The notes: generated by a model from the sequence alone, not told the origin. A stretch of 34,103 bases of DNA from Candidatus Micrarchaeota archaeon (GCA_040754495.1 JBFMCO010000005.1:1-34103), one strand, 5' to 3'. Shown: positions 18,687-26,898, numbered from the stretch's first letter. Made by a program: numbers and translations.

Positions 18687-19481
18687 ATGAGCAGGTTCCA
18701 TGCACGCACTTCGGCACTAACCGCCCAGCAGGACCGGCGCCTGCGGAGCGGGCTTGATGCCGCGCATGAGCGGGCCCGGCTCGTCCTCACCGCTTTGCCC
18801 CAGGTCGGGATTCCGGAAGGGAGGCTGGAGAGGATAGACCAATCCCTGTTCATCCCCCTCGCCACCCTCATGCATAACGATTCCTTCAAGGCGCCGGAGC
18901 TCTTCAGGTTCATATTCGAAATGGGCAGGCCGGAGTCGCTCAAGAGGCACCTCGGCTCCATGGCCAGGGAGGCCGTCCCGAACTACAAGGGATTCGTGCT
19001 GGAAGCGTATGTCCGATGGTGCCTCGAGCGGCTCGCGAAGTCTGAAGAGCACTCGTCATTCACTTTCATCTCGCCCGGGAAAGGCGTCCTGCCGAGCGGC
19101 CGCGAATACGAGGTCAACCAGTGGGGCAACGTGCTTTTCTTCGACCCGAACCGGAGGCGGGGCAGGGTGCAGATAGCCGAAATAGACTGCATGTGCGAGT
19201 TCTACCACTCCGGCCATTTCGCGCCGGTGATGTTCGAGGCGAGCTTCCGGGACCACCCGCTCCATTACCGCTGGAAGAGCAGGCTTGTCGGCGAGCTCTA
19301 CCGCAGCCATTCAGACCCGTACGTATGCGAGGTGCTGGCCTCATGGGGCGCGCACGGCGCGGTCATCGAGCCCGGCAGCGTGAACCCGCTGAAAAGGAAG
19401 ATAATAATCCCGAACTCCCCTGAATTCGAGGCGGTCGCGGAAAGGCTCTACAAGCGGGACCTGGCGTTTCCCGATTTGTAA
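18687..19481 (+). CDS. Hypothetical protein, possible PD-(D/E)xK nuclease fold
   Basis: KGFVLEAYV helix, AEID, then FEAS in the ExK position; TATA-like GATTTAAA about 30 nt upstream. Confidence 0.65.
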   Translation: MSRFHARTSALTAQQDRRLRSGLDAAHERARLVLTALPQVGIPEGRLERIDQSLFIPLATLMHNDSFKAPELFRFIFEMGRPESLKRHLGSMAREAVPNYKGFVLEAYVRWCLERLAKSEEHSSFTFISPGKGVLPSGREYEVNQWGNVLFFDPNRRRGRVQIAEIDCMCEFYHSGHFAPVMFEASFRDHPLHYRWKSRLVGELYRSHSDPYVCEVLASWGAHGAVIEPGSVNPLKRKIIIPNSPEFEAVAERLYKRDLAFPDL

Positions 19482-19510
19482 AGGGAAAAAAGGAGTAACA
19501 AAAGAAAAAA

Positions 19511-20482
19511 TCAGTCGGACAGCCCGCCCGGCGTGACCCTGAACACCGCTTCCCCTTCAGGCATGTTCGGAGAGTCGACGAGCCTCGCAATCCTCTTGTC
19601 GTCCTTGCTCTTTCTCACATAGAGGCGGTAGGTCGACATGTGCGCGAGCACGTGGCCGCCGATAGGCGTGGTGGGGTCGCCGAAGAGGATTCCCGGGTTG
19701 TCCATGACTTGGTTGGTGACGTACACCGCGAGGTTGTACTTCTCGGCGAGCTTCTGGAGCGTGTGCACGTGCTTGTTCAGCTTCTGCTGCCTCTCGCCGA
19801 GCGCTCCGCGGCCCAGGTAATCGGCCCTGAAGTGCGACGTCAGAGAGTCCACGACGATGAGCTTGATGTTGTTCTTCTCAATCGTCTCTTCCGCCCGCTC
19901 GAGCAGTATTATCTGGTGGTCGCTGTTTTCAGCCCTCGCCACGTGGATGCCCCTCAGTACGGTCTGCGGGTCGAGGCCCTGCGCCTCGGCCAGTTGCGCA
20001 ATCCTGTCCGGCCTGAACGTCGCTTCCGAGTCCACGAACAGCACGGCCCCGCCAAGGCCCCCCTGGTCGACCGGCCTCTGCACGTTCACGACAAGCTGGA
20101 ACCCGAGCTGGCTCTTTCCGCTCGAGAATTTCCCGTACATCTCGCTTATCGCCATAGTTTCGATGCCTCCTCCAAGGAGGTCGTCGAGCGCCTGCGAGCC
20201 GGTCTTGATCCTGACGATGTTCTTGCGCCTCTCATAGACGACATCAGCGGTCTCGAACCCTATTTCGACCATGCTCTTTGCGGCCTCTATCGCCTTCTTC
20301 GCGGATTCCACGCCCATCCCGCCCGCTTCAGCGAGTTCGTGCGGGTTCGCCGCGGCTATGGCGGAGAACTCGCCGTATCCTGCCGCCCTCAGCTTCTCGG
20401 CTGTCACTTCGCCGATTCCCGGAAGGTCTTCCAGGTCCTTGTAGTATTTCTTTTTCTTGTCCTTCTCCTTATCCTCAGCCAT
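19511..20482 (-). CDS. radA: DNA repair and recombination protein RadA
   Basis: HhH motif LEDLPGIG, Walker A GKFSSGKSQ, VDSEATFRPDRI, IVVDSLTSHFR, VTNQV; GGTGAT RBS favours ATG 20482 over GTG 20491. Confidence 0.97.
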   Translation of the reverse strand: MAEDKEKDKKKKYYKDLEDLPGIGEVTAEKLRAAGYGEFSAIAAANPHELAEAGGMGVESAKKAIEAAKSMVEIGFETADVVYERRKNIVRIKTGSQALDDLLGGGIETMAISEMYGKFSSGKSQLGFQLVVNVQRPVDQGGLGGAVLFVDSEATFRPDRIAQLAEAQGLDPQTVLRGIHVARAENSDHQIILLERAEETIEKNNIKLIVVDSLTSHFRADYLGRGALGERQQKLNKHVHTLQKLAEKYNLAVYVTNQVMDNPGILFGDPTTPIGGHVLAHMSTYRLYVRKSKDDKRIARLVDSPNMPEGEAVFRVTPGGLSD

Positions 20483-20525
20483 CTGAATCACCGATCCTAC
20501 TTCTCATCCTTCTGTCTTCTTTCAT

Positions 20526-20663
20526 TCTCAGGCCATGTCGCGAACCTTTGTTCGCGAGCATGCTCATGGACGGACCGCCGTCCATGACATCCGAAGCCCC
20601 GAAGCGGACACAGAATAAACCCAGGCTCGCTTCGGGAGCCGTTCCGGGTGCCAAATCCTGAGA
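20526..20663 (-). ncRNA. Unassigned multi-hairpin structured element in the radA leader
   Basis: Closing stem TCTCAGG/CCTGAGA encloses four helices, including perfect 10-bp and 8-bp stems; G-U pairs work only on the minus strand. Confidence 0.55.
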
Positions 20664-20670
20664 CCCCCAC

Positions 20671-20940
20671 TCATTTCCGGTCATTCGGGAAAACCAGCAG
20701 CTTCAGCTGCCCGATCCTGAGCGTGTAGAACGTGTTGCCGTTCTTCGAAATGTTCTTCCACATGCCCCCCACGTTGATATAGACCGTGTTGCCCTCCTTG
20801 TCCCTGTCGGCCTGCACCACGCGCAAATCCGGCCTGTTCGCGCCGCTGCTTCCTGCGGGCGGCGTTCCGCTATCCTGCTTCGGCTCCAAAGGCAGCTCCT
20901 CGAATCCCTCATCGTCGAGCTTGACTTCGCTCTCCTTCAT
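20671..20940 (-). CDS. Small DUF736-like (putative ssDNA-binding) protein, 89 aa
   Basis: GGGGTGA RBS before ATG 20940; acidic disordered N-terminus, then VGGMWKNISKNGNTFYTLRI resembling the DUF736 core (recalled, not searched). Confidence 0.75.
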   Translation of the reverse strand: MKESEVKLDDEGFEELPLEPKQDSGTPPAGSSGANRPDLRVVQADRDKEGNTVYINVGGMWKNISKNGNTFYTLRIGQLKLLVFPNDRK

Positions 20941-20953
20941 TCTTTCACCCCTG

Positions 20954-20983
20954 AGTGTATACTTATAATTATACGTATATACT
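20954..20983. promoter_or_regulatory. 30-bp imperfect palindrome, candidate operator
   Basis: AGTGTATACTTATAA|TTATACGTATATACT has 13 of 15 positions symmetric; it lies between the minus-strand TATA TTTAAATA (21013-21006) and the ATG at 20940. Confidence 0.6.
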
Positions 20984-21020
20984 AAGGGGTTTAATGCAGG
21001 GCTTTTATTTAAAGGTGCCG

Positions 21021-21138
21021 GGGGTTCATTTCCGCGCCCCACTTTTAGGAAAAGTGGGGTCAAAACTGGTTGTTTGCCAACCCAAAGGGTTGGCCGATTG
21101 GCCAAACTCGCCTTCGGCTCGCAGGGAAATAGGTACCC
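21021..21138. other. Second multi-hairpin intergenic element
   Basis: CCCCACTTTT-agg-AAAAGTGGGG (21037-21059) and GCCAACCC-aaa-GGGTTGGC (21076-21094), with outer pairing ATTTCC/GGAAAT and GGGT/ACCC. Confidence 0.5.
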
Positions 21139-21182
21139 AAAAACTAGCTGTAAATCTGCTATCCAGACTTCCATAGCGCTAA

Positions 21183-22082
21183 TTACTTATCGACAATCAA
21201 CTTCCCCTTGTGAAAAATCCTGCCAGATATGACGTTGCCGATGCTCTCGAATTCACCGTTAAGGTGTATCTCACCGCCCTGCATATCATCCCCGACGTCA
21301 GCCCCTGCCTTTCCATTTATCGTTACCTTCCCTCCAGTCATTGAGTAAAGGCGGTCTGAATCCGGGCCCATTTCTGAGCATCCGATCCACGAGCCGGCGT
21401 TCCCCTCTACTACTATCTCCCCGCCTCTCATCTGGCCGCCAACGCTGTCCCATGCACTCCCCCTAACGATGATTTTCCCGCCGGTCATCTCGTAGCCTGT
21501 CTCTTCGCCTGTATCCCCCTCCACAATCAGCAGGCCTCCCGTCATTCTGCAACCGGTCATATATCCGCTGTTTCCTCTGACCCGGAGGACCCCCTTCCTC
21601 ATGCACCCCCCGGTGGCCGTCCCGGCGTTTCCCAAAATGGTAAGCATTTTCGTGTTCCTGTAGCCGAGCTCGTCTATCTCTTCCCCGTGAATCAATCTCG
21701 TGTCCAGCGTAAACTCCCTTTCCTTCGCCTTGTTTATGAGAGCGCTCAAAAAAGTGCCTATCGTTTCGTAAAACCAGCCAGATTTGCTTGCTTCCCTGAT
21801 TGAATCGAAAGCGGCCAGCATGTATTCGATATCCTTCGCCGAACACCTGAGCCCTTTGAGTTTCTTCAAGGCTTTCGGGTATAATGAACCGGGCTCGTAA
21901 TTATGCTCGTCCACGATGGCGTCCAGCTGTGACCAGATGCCGAGGAGTTTTGCCGTCGAACCCGTCTTTAAGTCTGCATCCCTGATTGGACGCTCTTCCT
22001 CCGGCCTATACCTGCGGAATTTTCTCGCTGCTGAAACAGCCTCAGCACCTGATACGTGACGCATCCTGGCCATAGTAACCAT
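21183..22082 (-). CDS. GXGXG (FwdC/GltB C-terminal-like beta-helix) domain protein
   Basis: Repeated G-x-MxGGxIxVxGxAG units over the C-terminal half; no Fwd or Glt partner genes nearby. Confidence 0.85.
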   Translation of the reverse strand: MVTMARMRHVSGAEAVSAARKFRRYRPEEERPIRDADLKTGSTAKLLGIWSQLDAIVDEHNYEPGSLYPKALKKLKGLRCSAKDIEYMLAAFDSIREASKSGWFYETIGTFLSALINKAKEREFTLDTRLIHGEEIDELGYRNTKMLTILGNAGTATGGCMRKGVLRVRGNSGYMTGCRMTGGLLIVEGDTGEETGYEMTGGKIIVRGSAWDSVGGQMRGGEIVVEGNAGSWIGCSEMGPDSDRLYSMTGGKVTINGKAGADVGDDMQGGEIHLNGEFESIGNVISGRIFHKGKLIVDK

Positions 22083-22115
22083 ATGAGTAGTGTTAGAAAA
22101 CGTTTAAAAAAGGTA

Positions 22116-22370
22116 TCAAGTCGGCTTCAGGAGGTTGCCTGACTGCGTGACTATGAAGTTGGCCGAAAGCGTGATTGCGGCCACGACGATGCCGCCTACT
22201 ATCATGCTTATGGCTGCTGCCTGCCATTTGCCGCGCGTCTCGCCCGGCTGCATCTGCGCAAGGCCGTAGGTGATGCCGCCAAGGGTAACGAGTATGACGG
22301 CGATTATCGGCGCAAGCGTCTGGAGGATGTTCGATATGTTCGATGCAGCGACTTCTAGCCCGGTTGCCAT
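22116..22370 (-). CDS. TrbC/VirB2-like pilin-type small membrane protein
   Basis: 84 aa, two hydrophobic helices separated by the polar loop QPGETRGKW. Confidence 0.6.
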   Translation of the reverse strand: MATGLEVAASNISNILQTLAPIIAVILVTLGGITYGLAQMQPGETRGKWQAAAISMIVGGIVVAAITLSANFIVTQSGNLLKPT

Positions 22371-22408
22371 CGTTAGAATATCCCCCTCAGCCTTTATAAA
22401 TTTTCATC

Positions 22409-23410
22409 CTAGAGCTTCGCCAGCCTCCTGACGAAATCCACCAGCCTGTTGGAGTAGCCGAATTCGTTGTCGTACCAGGACGAGACCTTGGCAAGCCTCC
22501 CCTTGGCCTTCGTGAGCTTGCCATCCACAACGGACGAGAGGGGGGTCCCGATTATGTCCGAGGACACTATCTCATCCTCCGTGTAGCCGAGGATTCCCTT
22601 CAGCTCCTCGTTCGCGGCCCGCTTCAGCTCAGCGTTTATCTCCTCGGCCTTCGCCTCCCTCTCTAGAAGAAGCGTCATGTCGTTCATCGAGCCGCACGAA
22701 ACCGGGACCCTGAACGCAAGGCCGTCCATCTTCCCGGCCAGCTCGGGTATGACATCGCCTATCGCCTTCGCGGCGCCGGTGCTGGTCGGGATTATGTTCA
22801 TCGCCCCGGCCCTCGCCCTCCGGAGGTCGCTGTGGCTGCCATCGACGAGATTCTGGTCGTTGGTGTAGGCATGGACCGTGCTCAGGAATCCGCTTTCTAT
22901 GCCGAACTTCGCGTCCATGACCTTGAGCACCGGCGCGAGGCAGTTGGTGGTGCAGGATGCCAGCGAGAACACGGTCATTCCCCTGTTAACGATGTGCTCG
23001 TTCACGCCAGGCACCACTGTCGCATCCACTTCCTTTGCCGGCGCCGAGATGAGGACCATCCTCGCTCCGGCCTTTAGGTGCTTCTCGGCATCCGCCCTCG
23101 ACCTGAAGGCGCCGGTGCTGTCCAGGACGAGGTCGACTCCCAGCTCCTTCCACGGAAGCTTGAGCGGGTCGGTCTCGCTTACCCATTTTATGGTGTGTCC
23201 ATTCACCACGAAATTGCCGTCTTTGGCTTCCACCTGCCCGTCGAACCTGCCATAAACGGAATCATACCTGAAAAGGTGCACGTGCTGCTCAACCGGGCTG
23301 CGCGTGTTGATGGCCACGACCTCGAAATCCCTGCCCAGCGCGCCCTGCGCCAAGGCGGCCCTCAGAAAAGACTTTCCTATCCTGCCGAATCCGCTTACCG
23401 CTACCTTCAT
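22409..23410 (-). CDS. gap: Class I (bacterial-type) glyceraldehyde-3-phosphate dehydrogenase
   Basis: GFGRIG, YDSVYG, ASCTTNCLAP, IIPTSTGAAKA, WYDNEFGYS. Confidence 0.97.
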   Translation of the reverse strand: MKVAVSGFGRIGKSFLRAALAQGALGRDFEVVAINTRSPVEQHVHLFRYDSVYGRFDGQVEAKDGNFVVNGHTIKWVSETDPLKLPWKELGVDLVLDSTGAFRSRADAEKHLKAGARMVLISAPAKEVDATVVPGVNEHIVNRGMTVFSLASCTTNCLAPVLKVMDAKFGIESGFLSTVHAYTNDQNLVDGSHSDLRRARAGAMNIIPTSTGAAKAIGDVIPELAGKMDGLAFRVPVSCGSMNDMTLLLEREAKAEEINAELKRAANEELKGILGYTEDEIVSSDIIGTPLSSVVDGKLTKAKGRLAKVSSWYDNEFGYSNRLVDFVRRLAKL

Positions 23411-23507
23411 GCCAATCTCTCCCTACAAGTAGTGTGGTGATAACCAAGGTTACTCTAATAATACTTATGGCAGGCCGGTATATTTAATCGTTTCTAACCA
23501 CCGATTC

Positions 23508-24866
23508 TCACAGGCTAACCCCGGCGAAGGCGCCTATCGCCTCCACAGCGGCGTCGCACCTCTCGAAAAGCGCGACCGCCCTCACGAACTCCTGTCCCTG
23601 CCCCCGGAGGCCGTTCGCGAGGAAATTGTCGCCCGGCGTTGTGAGCAGCACCGGCAGGGCGCCCCTGTCTATCAGGAAATCCGCCATCTGGCGGGCCTGC
23701 GAAAGCCCGCCGCGCGGCCTGATGCCCTTATCCACGCCGAAAAGCACGTACGGGGAATTCACGAGTTCCGGGCATACCCGGCCGTCCCTCATGTACGCCT
23801 GGGGGAACGCAAGCCCGCTTATGCCGGCGAGGGCCTCGAGGAGCGTCCTCGTCCTGGAAATCACCTCTCCCCGTCGGTTGCGCCTGAACCTGTCGAAGTC
23901 GTCACCCCTGGCCTGTTCGGCCAGCTCCGAGTAAAGCCTCTGGAGGGCAAGCTGGAATGCGGTGGAATTCGAGCCCAGCGACGGCTGGAACACCATGGAG
24001 AGGGCGTCAATGAAAGCGCCGACCTCGTCTTTGAAGTCAGCGCCTTCGTGATAGACGCGCATCCAGCCGAGGCGCGCTCCCGGCGCGCCAATCAGCTTGG
24101 ATATGGAATGGAGCTCGATTGTAGGGCCCAGCCTGCCGAGGCGCGCGGACATCCCAATCGGGTCTATCGGCTCGCTGCCGGTCCGAAAGCCCTCGTAAAT
24201 CGTGTCCGCGACAAGATATACTGGCTGGTTGAGCTCACGCTCCTTCTCGTTGACCGCCCGGATTATCGCGGCGAACGTATCCTGCTTCATGGCTATCCCG
24301 AGCGGGTTCCCGACCGTGGTTATGAACACGGCCTTGGTCCGCTTTCCTATTGCGTCCTTGAGCCTCTGGACGTCGACCTCGCCGCTTTCCGTGAGGGGGA
24401 CGTTCACCACCTTCGCCTCGCTCAGCGCGGCTTCCGCGAAATAGATGATGTAGCTCCATTCCGGTATGGCGACCTCGTCGTTTCCCCTGTCAATCATCGC
24501 GCTGAAGAGGAACCGCGAAACCCCGCTTATGCCGGGCCCGACGAAAACGCGCTCGGGCGGAATCCTGTAATCGCCCTTCCTGGTCTCCGGGTTGCCCCTG
24601 CCGAGCGTGTCCCGGAGCTCGGCAAGCCCCCGCGCATCCTGGTAGCTCCAGCTGCGCGGCTCCCACATCGCCTCCTCGACGAGCGCGACATACCTGGGGA
24701 ACGGAGCGAGGCCGAACGCGGTCGGGTCTCCGAGGCGCGCATCCATGACGCGCCTGCCGAGCCTCCCGGCACGCTCTGCCGCCTCGTTCACGTCAGTCTT
24801 CCTGAGCGTGTATCCTCCCATGTCCGGGACTGCACGGTTCAGCCTCGTCTTATCATAAGCAGACAT
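23508..24866 (-). CDS. PLP-dependent aminotransferase, class I/II
   Basis: Start reassigned to ATG 24866. LGDP, GNPLG, VADTIYE and HSISKLIGAPGARLGW (PLP lysine). Confidence 0.88.
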   Translation of the reverse strand: MSAYDKTRLNRAVPDMGGYTLRKTDVNEAAERAGRLGRRVMDARLGDPTAFGLAPFPRYVALVEEAMWEPRSWSYQDARGLAELRDTLGRGNPETRKGDYRIPPERVFVGPGISGVSRFLFSAMIDRGNDEVAIPEWSYIIYFAEAALSEAKVVNVPLTESGEVDVQRLKDAIGKRTKAVFITTVGNPLGIAMKQDTFAAIIRAVNEKERELNQPVYLVADTIYEGFRTGSEPIDPIGMSARLGRLGPTIELHSISKLIGAPGARLGWMRVYHEGADFKDEVGAFIDALSMVFQPSLGSNSTAFQLALQRLYSELAEQARGDDFDRFRRNRRGEVISRTRTLLEALAGISGLAFPQAYMRDGRVCPELVNSPYVLFGVDKGIRPRGGLSQARQMADFLIDRGALPVLLTTPGDNFLANGLRGQGQEFVRAVALFERCDAAVEAIGAFAGVSL

Positions 24867-24891
24867 GTGCGGCTGTTGTGGGAGCGGGTTT

Positions 24892-26241
24892 TTATTCCTG
24901 TATGCCCTTGCCAACGGCTTGCGCCGTAGCCTCCCGGACAAGCTCGTTCAGGACGTCTTTCGCGAACCCGGCCCTCGCCCTTATCGCGCCCGCCTTCGCG
25001 TGCCCGCCCCCGCCTTCCACGAAATCGGCCATGCTCTCCCTGATTTTTTTCGCGAGCGCGTCCGCGCTGAGCCCCATTGCGGTCGCCTTCTCGTCCAGCC
25101 TCATGATGAGCGAGCGCTCGGTCTGGCCGATGCAAAGGAGCGGCCTCCCGCCTTTCAGCTTGTCGAAGACGCGGGTCGTTATCTTGCTTGATGGGGGCCA
25201 CTCGCCCCTCTTCGCTATCCCCTCAAGGGAGAAGCTCACGATGTCAAGCTCACCCGCCTCGCTCTTCTTCATCCTCGCCATCGCCCTGCCGGCCGCCTCC
25301 TCTATGGATTCGTCCGCCTGCCTGGCAATCGAGTCGAACAGCTCGGCTTTGCCCATGACCTTCTTGTAGAAATCGAGGTTGTTCCCGAAGGAGACGTGGG
25401 ATGCGAGGAAGTCCAGGACCATCGCCTTCCGGGCCTCGTCCGGCCCGTTCCGGATAAGGGCGCTCTTGTCCCCGCTGCAGGCTACCGCGGCAAGCCCCCT
25501 CGCCGCGTCCGCATCATGACCGCACGCGGTCGCAATCTCGCATGCAAGGTATCCGGCGGTGTAATGCGACGCGTTCTCATCCACTGAAAAAGGATTGACG
25601 ATTCTCCTGTCGCTTTTGGCGCTGTAGGGGTGGTGGTCTATGACGAGGTAGTCTATGCCCGCGGCGCTCAGCAGGCCAAGGGCCTCGGCGCAGGCGTCGG
25701 CAGAGCCGAAATCCAGCAGTATGACCATCGGTCTGCTCTCCTGCCCTATGGCGGCTATATCGCGCAGGGCGTCTTTCACGCTGTATATGGCGGAATTCTG
25801 CTGGAACGCCTTGCATTGCAGGATTCCGGTGAGCGCGAACGCGCCGCTGATGCCGTCCGCGTCGCCGTGGAACCGGAGCATGACCGAGCGGCCTAGCTTT
25901 CGCGCGCTGATGATATCCAGAGCGGCATCGCGCATGGCCGGCCAGAGCTTCGAGGTCACATCGTCCTTGAGCAGGCCGGGCCCGGCGGGCAATTCAACCG
26001 AGGCCGCGATGCTGCCCCTCACGGCCCCGAGGACCCTCGCTTCATCCTCCCCGGAGAGGACGTCCGCCTTCTTCGCCGCGATTTTCCCCTGCCCCATCTC
26101 GCCCTCGATGCGGATGCATGCCCCCTGCGGCAGGAACGCGTCGATGTAGAATCCGTATTCTCCCCGCCCGTCTGTCAGGGTATATTCCCTCTTACCGTGG
26201 CGGAAGCTCACCCTGCACAGGACGCCTTCCAGCGTTATCAG
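24892..26241 (-). CDS. Archaeal RecJ/GAN-like DHH phosphoesterase with N-terminal OB-like domain
   Basis: HGDADG, LLDFG, IDHH and GGGHAKAG motifs; probable CTG start overlapping the ribK TGA, after an AGGTG RBS (start uncertain). Confidence 0.88.
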   Translation of the reverse strand: MITLEGVLCRVSFRHGKREYTLTDGRGEYGFYIDAFLPQGACIRIEGEMGQGKIAAKKADVLSGEDEARVLGAVRGSIAASVELPAGPGLLKDDVTSKLWPAMRDAALDIISARKLGRSVMLRFHGDADGISGAFALTGILQCKAFQQNSAIYSVKDALRDIAAIGQESRPMVILLDFGSADACAEALGLLSAAGIDYLVIDHHPYSAKSDRRIVNPFSVDENASHYTAGYLACEIATACGHDADAARGLAAVACSGDKSALIRNGPDEARKAMVLDFLASHVSFGNNLDFYKKVMGKAELFDSIARQADESIEEAAGRAMARMKKSEAGELDIVSFSLEGIAKRGEWPPSSKITTRVFDKLKGGRPLLCIGQTERSLIMRLDEKATAMGLSADALAKKIRESMADFVEGGGGHAKAGAIRARAGFAKDVLNELVREATAQAVGKGIQE

Positions 26242-26864
26242 AGAAGCACCTTTATGAGGTCCCCTTCGCCCTTGCCGAGCTCCTTCTTTATGTTGAAGGG
26301 GCAGAGGACCTCGAGCACCTCCGGCCCATGGTGCGTCCGGAGCGGGATTATGAGGGCGCACCCCCTGCCTTCTATCGTGCATGGATATGCGAAGATGTCG
26401 CCGTAAGTGCGGTTCTTGTCCTTGAAGCCGGGTATTATCACCGGCTCGGTCTGGAGGAGCTGCTGGCGCTTCCATCTCTGGGACTCGTCCACCTTTATGT
26501 TGAGCGTGCCCGGGTAGGGGTCGAAACCCAGCTTCTCCGCAATCCGCTTCCGATAGCCTTCCATGGAGACGTAGTAGCGCCCCTCCCCGAGCCCTCTCGA
26601 GATGACGCCTTCGATTTCGAGCTTCTCGCCCTCGAAGACCGAGCGGAGCGCCGAATACAGCCCGGCAAGTTCGTCATAGGCTTTCGGGCTCAGGCGCAGG
26701 CCGTCCTTGCGGCGTGTTAAGTATCCGGAGCGCTCGAGCTGGGCGAGCTTTCGCGATGCATTCTGCTGGGACATGCCGGCAAGCATGCCTATCTCGGAGG
26801 TCGTCATCCTCAGGGACTTGATATGCGCTCCGCGCCGGAGCAGCAAAAGCAGAATCTCGTCCAT
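26238..26864 (-). CDS. ribK: CTP-dependent riboflavin kinase with N-terminal wHTH
   Basis: HTH (SQQNASRKL), then GLGEGRYY, YPGTLN, PLRTHH, LEVL. Confidence 0.93.
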   Translation of the reverse strand: MDEILLLLLRRGAHIKSLRMTTSEIGMLAGMSQQNASRKLAQLERSGYLTRRKDGLRLSPKAYDELAGLYSALRSVFEGEKLEIEGVISRGLGEGRYYVSMEGYRKRIAEKLGFDPYPGTLNIKVDESQRWKRQQLLQTEPVIIPGFKDKNRTYGDIFAYPCTIEGRGCALIIPLRTHHGPEVLEVLCPFNIKKELGKGEGDLIKVLL

Positions 26865-26898
26865 GCATTTTTATATCGTAGGCAAAATATTAAATTAC

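Noticed and set aside
21016-21045. tRNA T-arm-like GGTTCATTTCC
   Set aside because: Lacks A58, the T-stem has a mismatch, and no cloverleaf can be built.
20941-21174. 78-codon N-terminal extension of the DUF736-like ORF
   Set aside because: It runs through a TATA box, the palindrome and the hairpins; a strong GGGGTGA RBS precedes ATG 20940; the translation is not protein-like.
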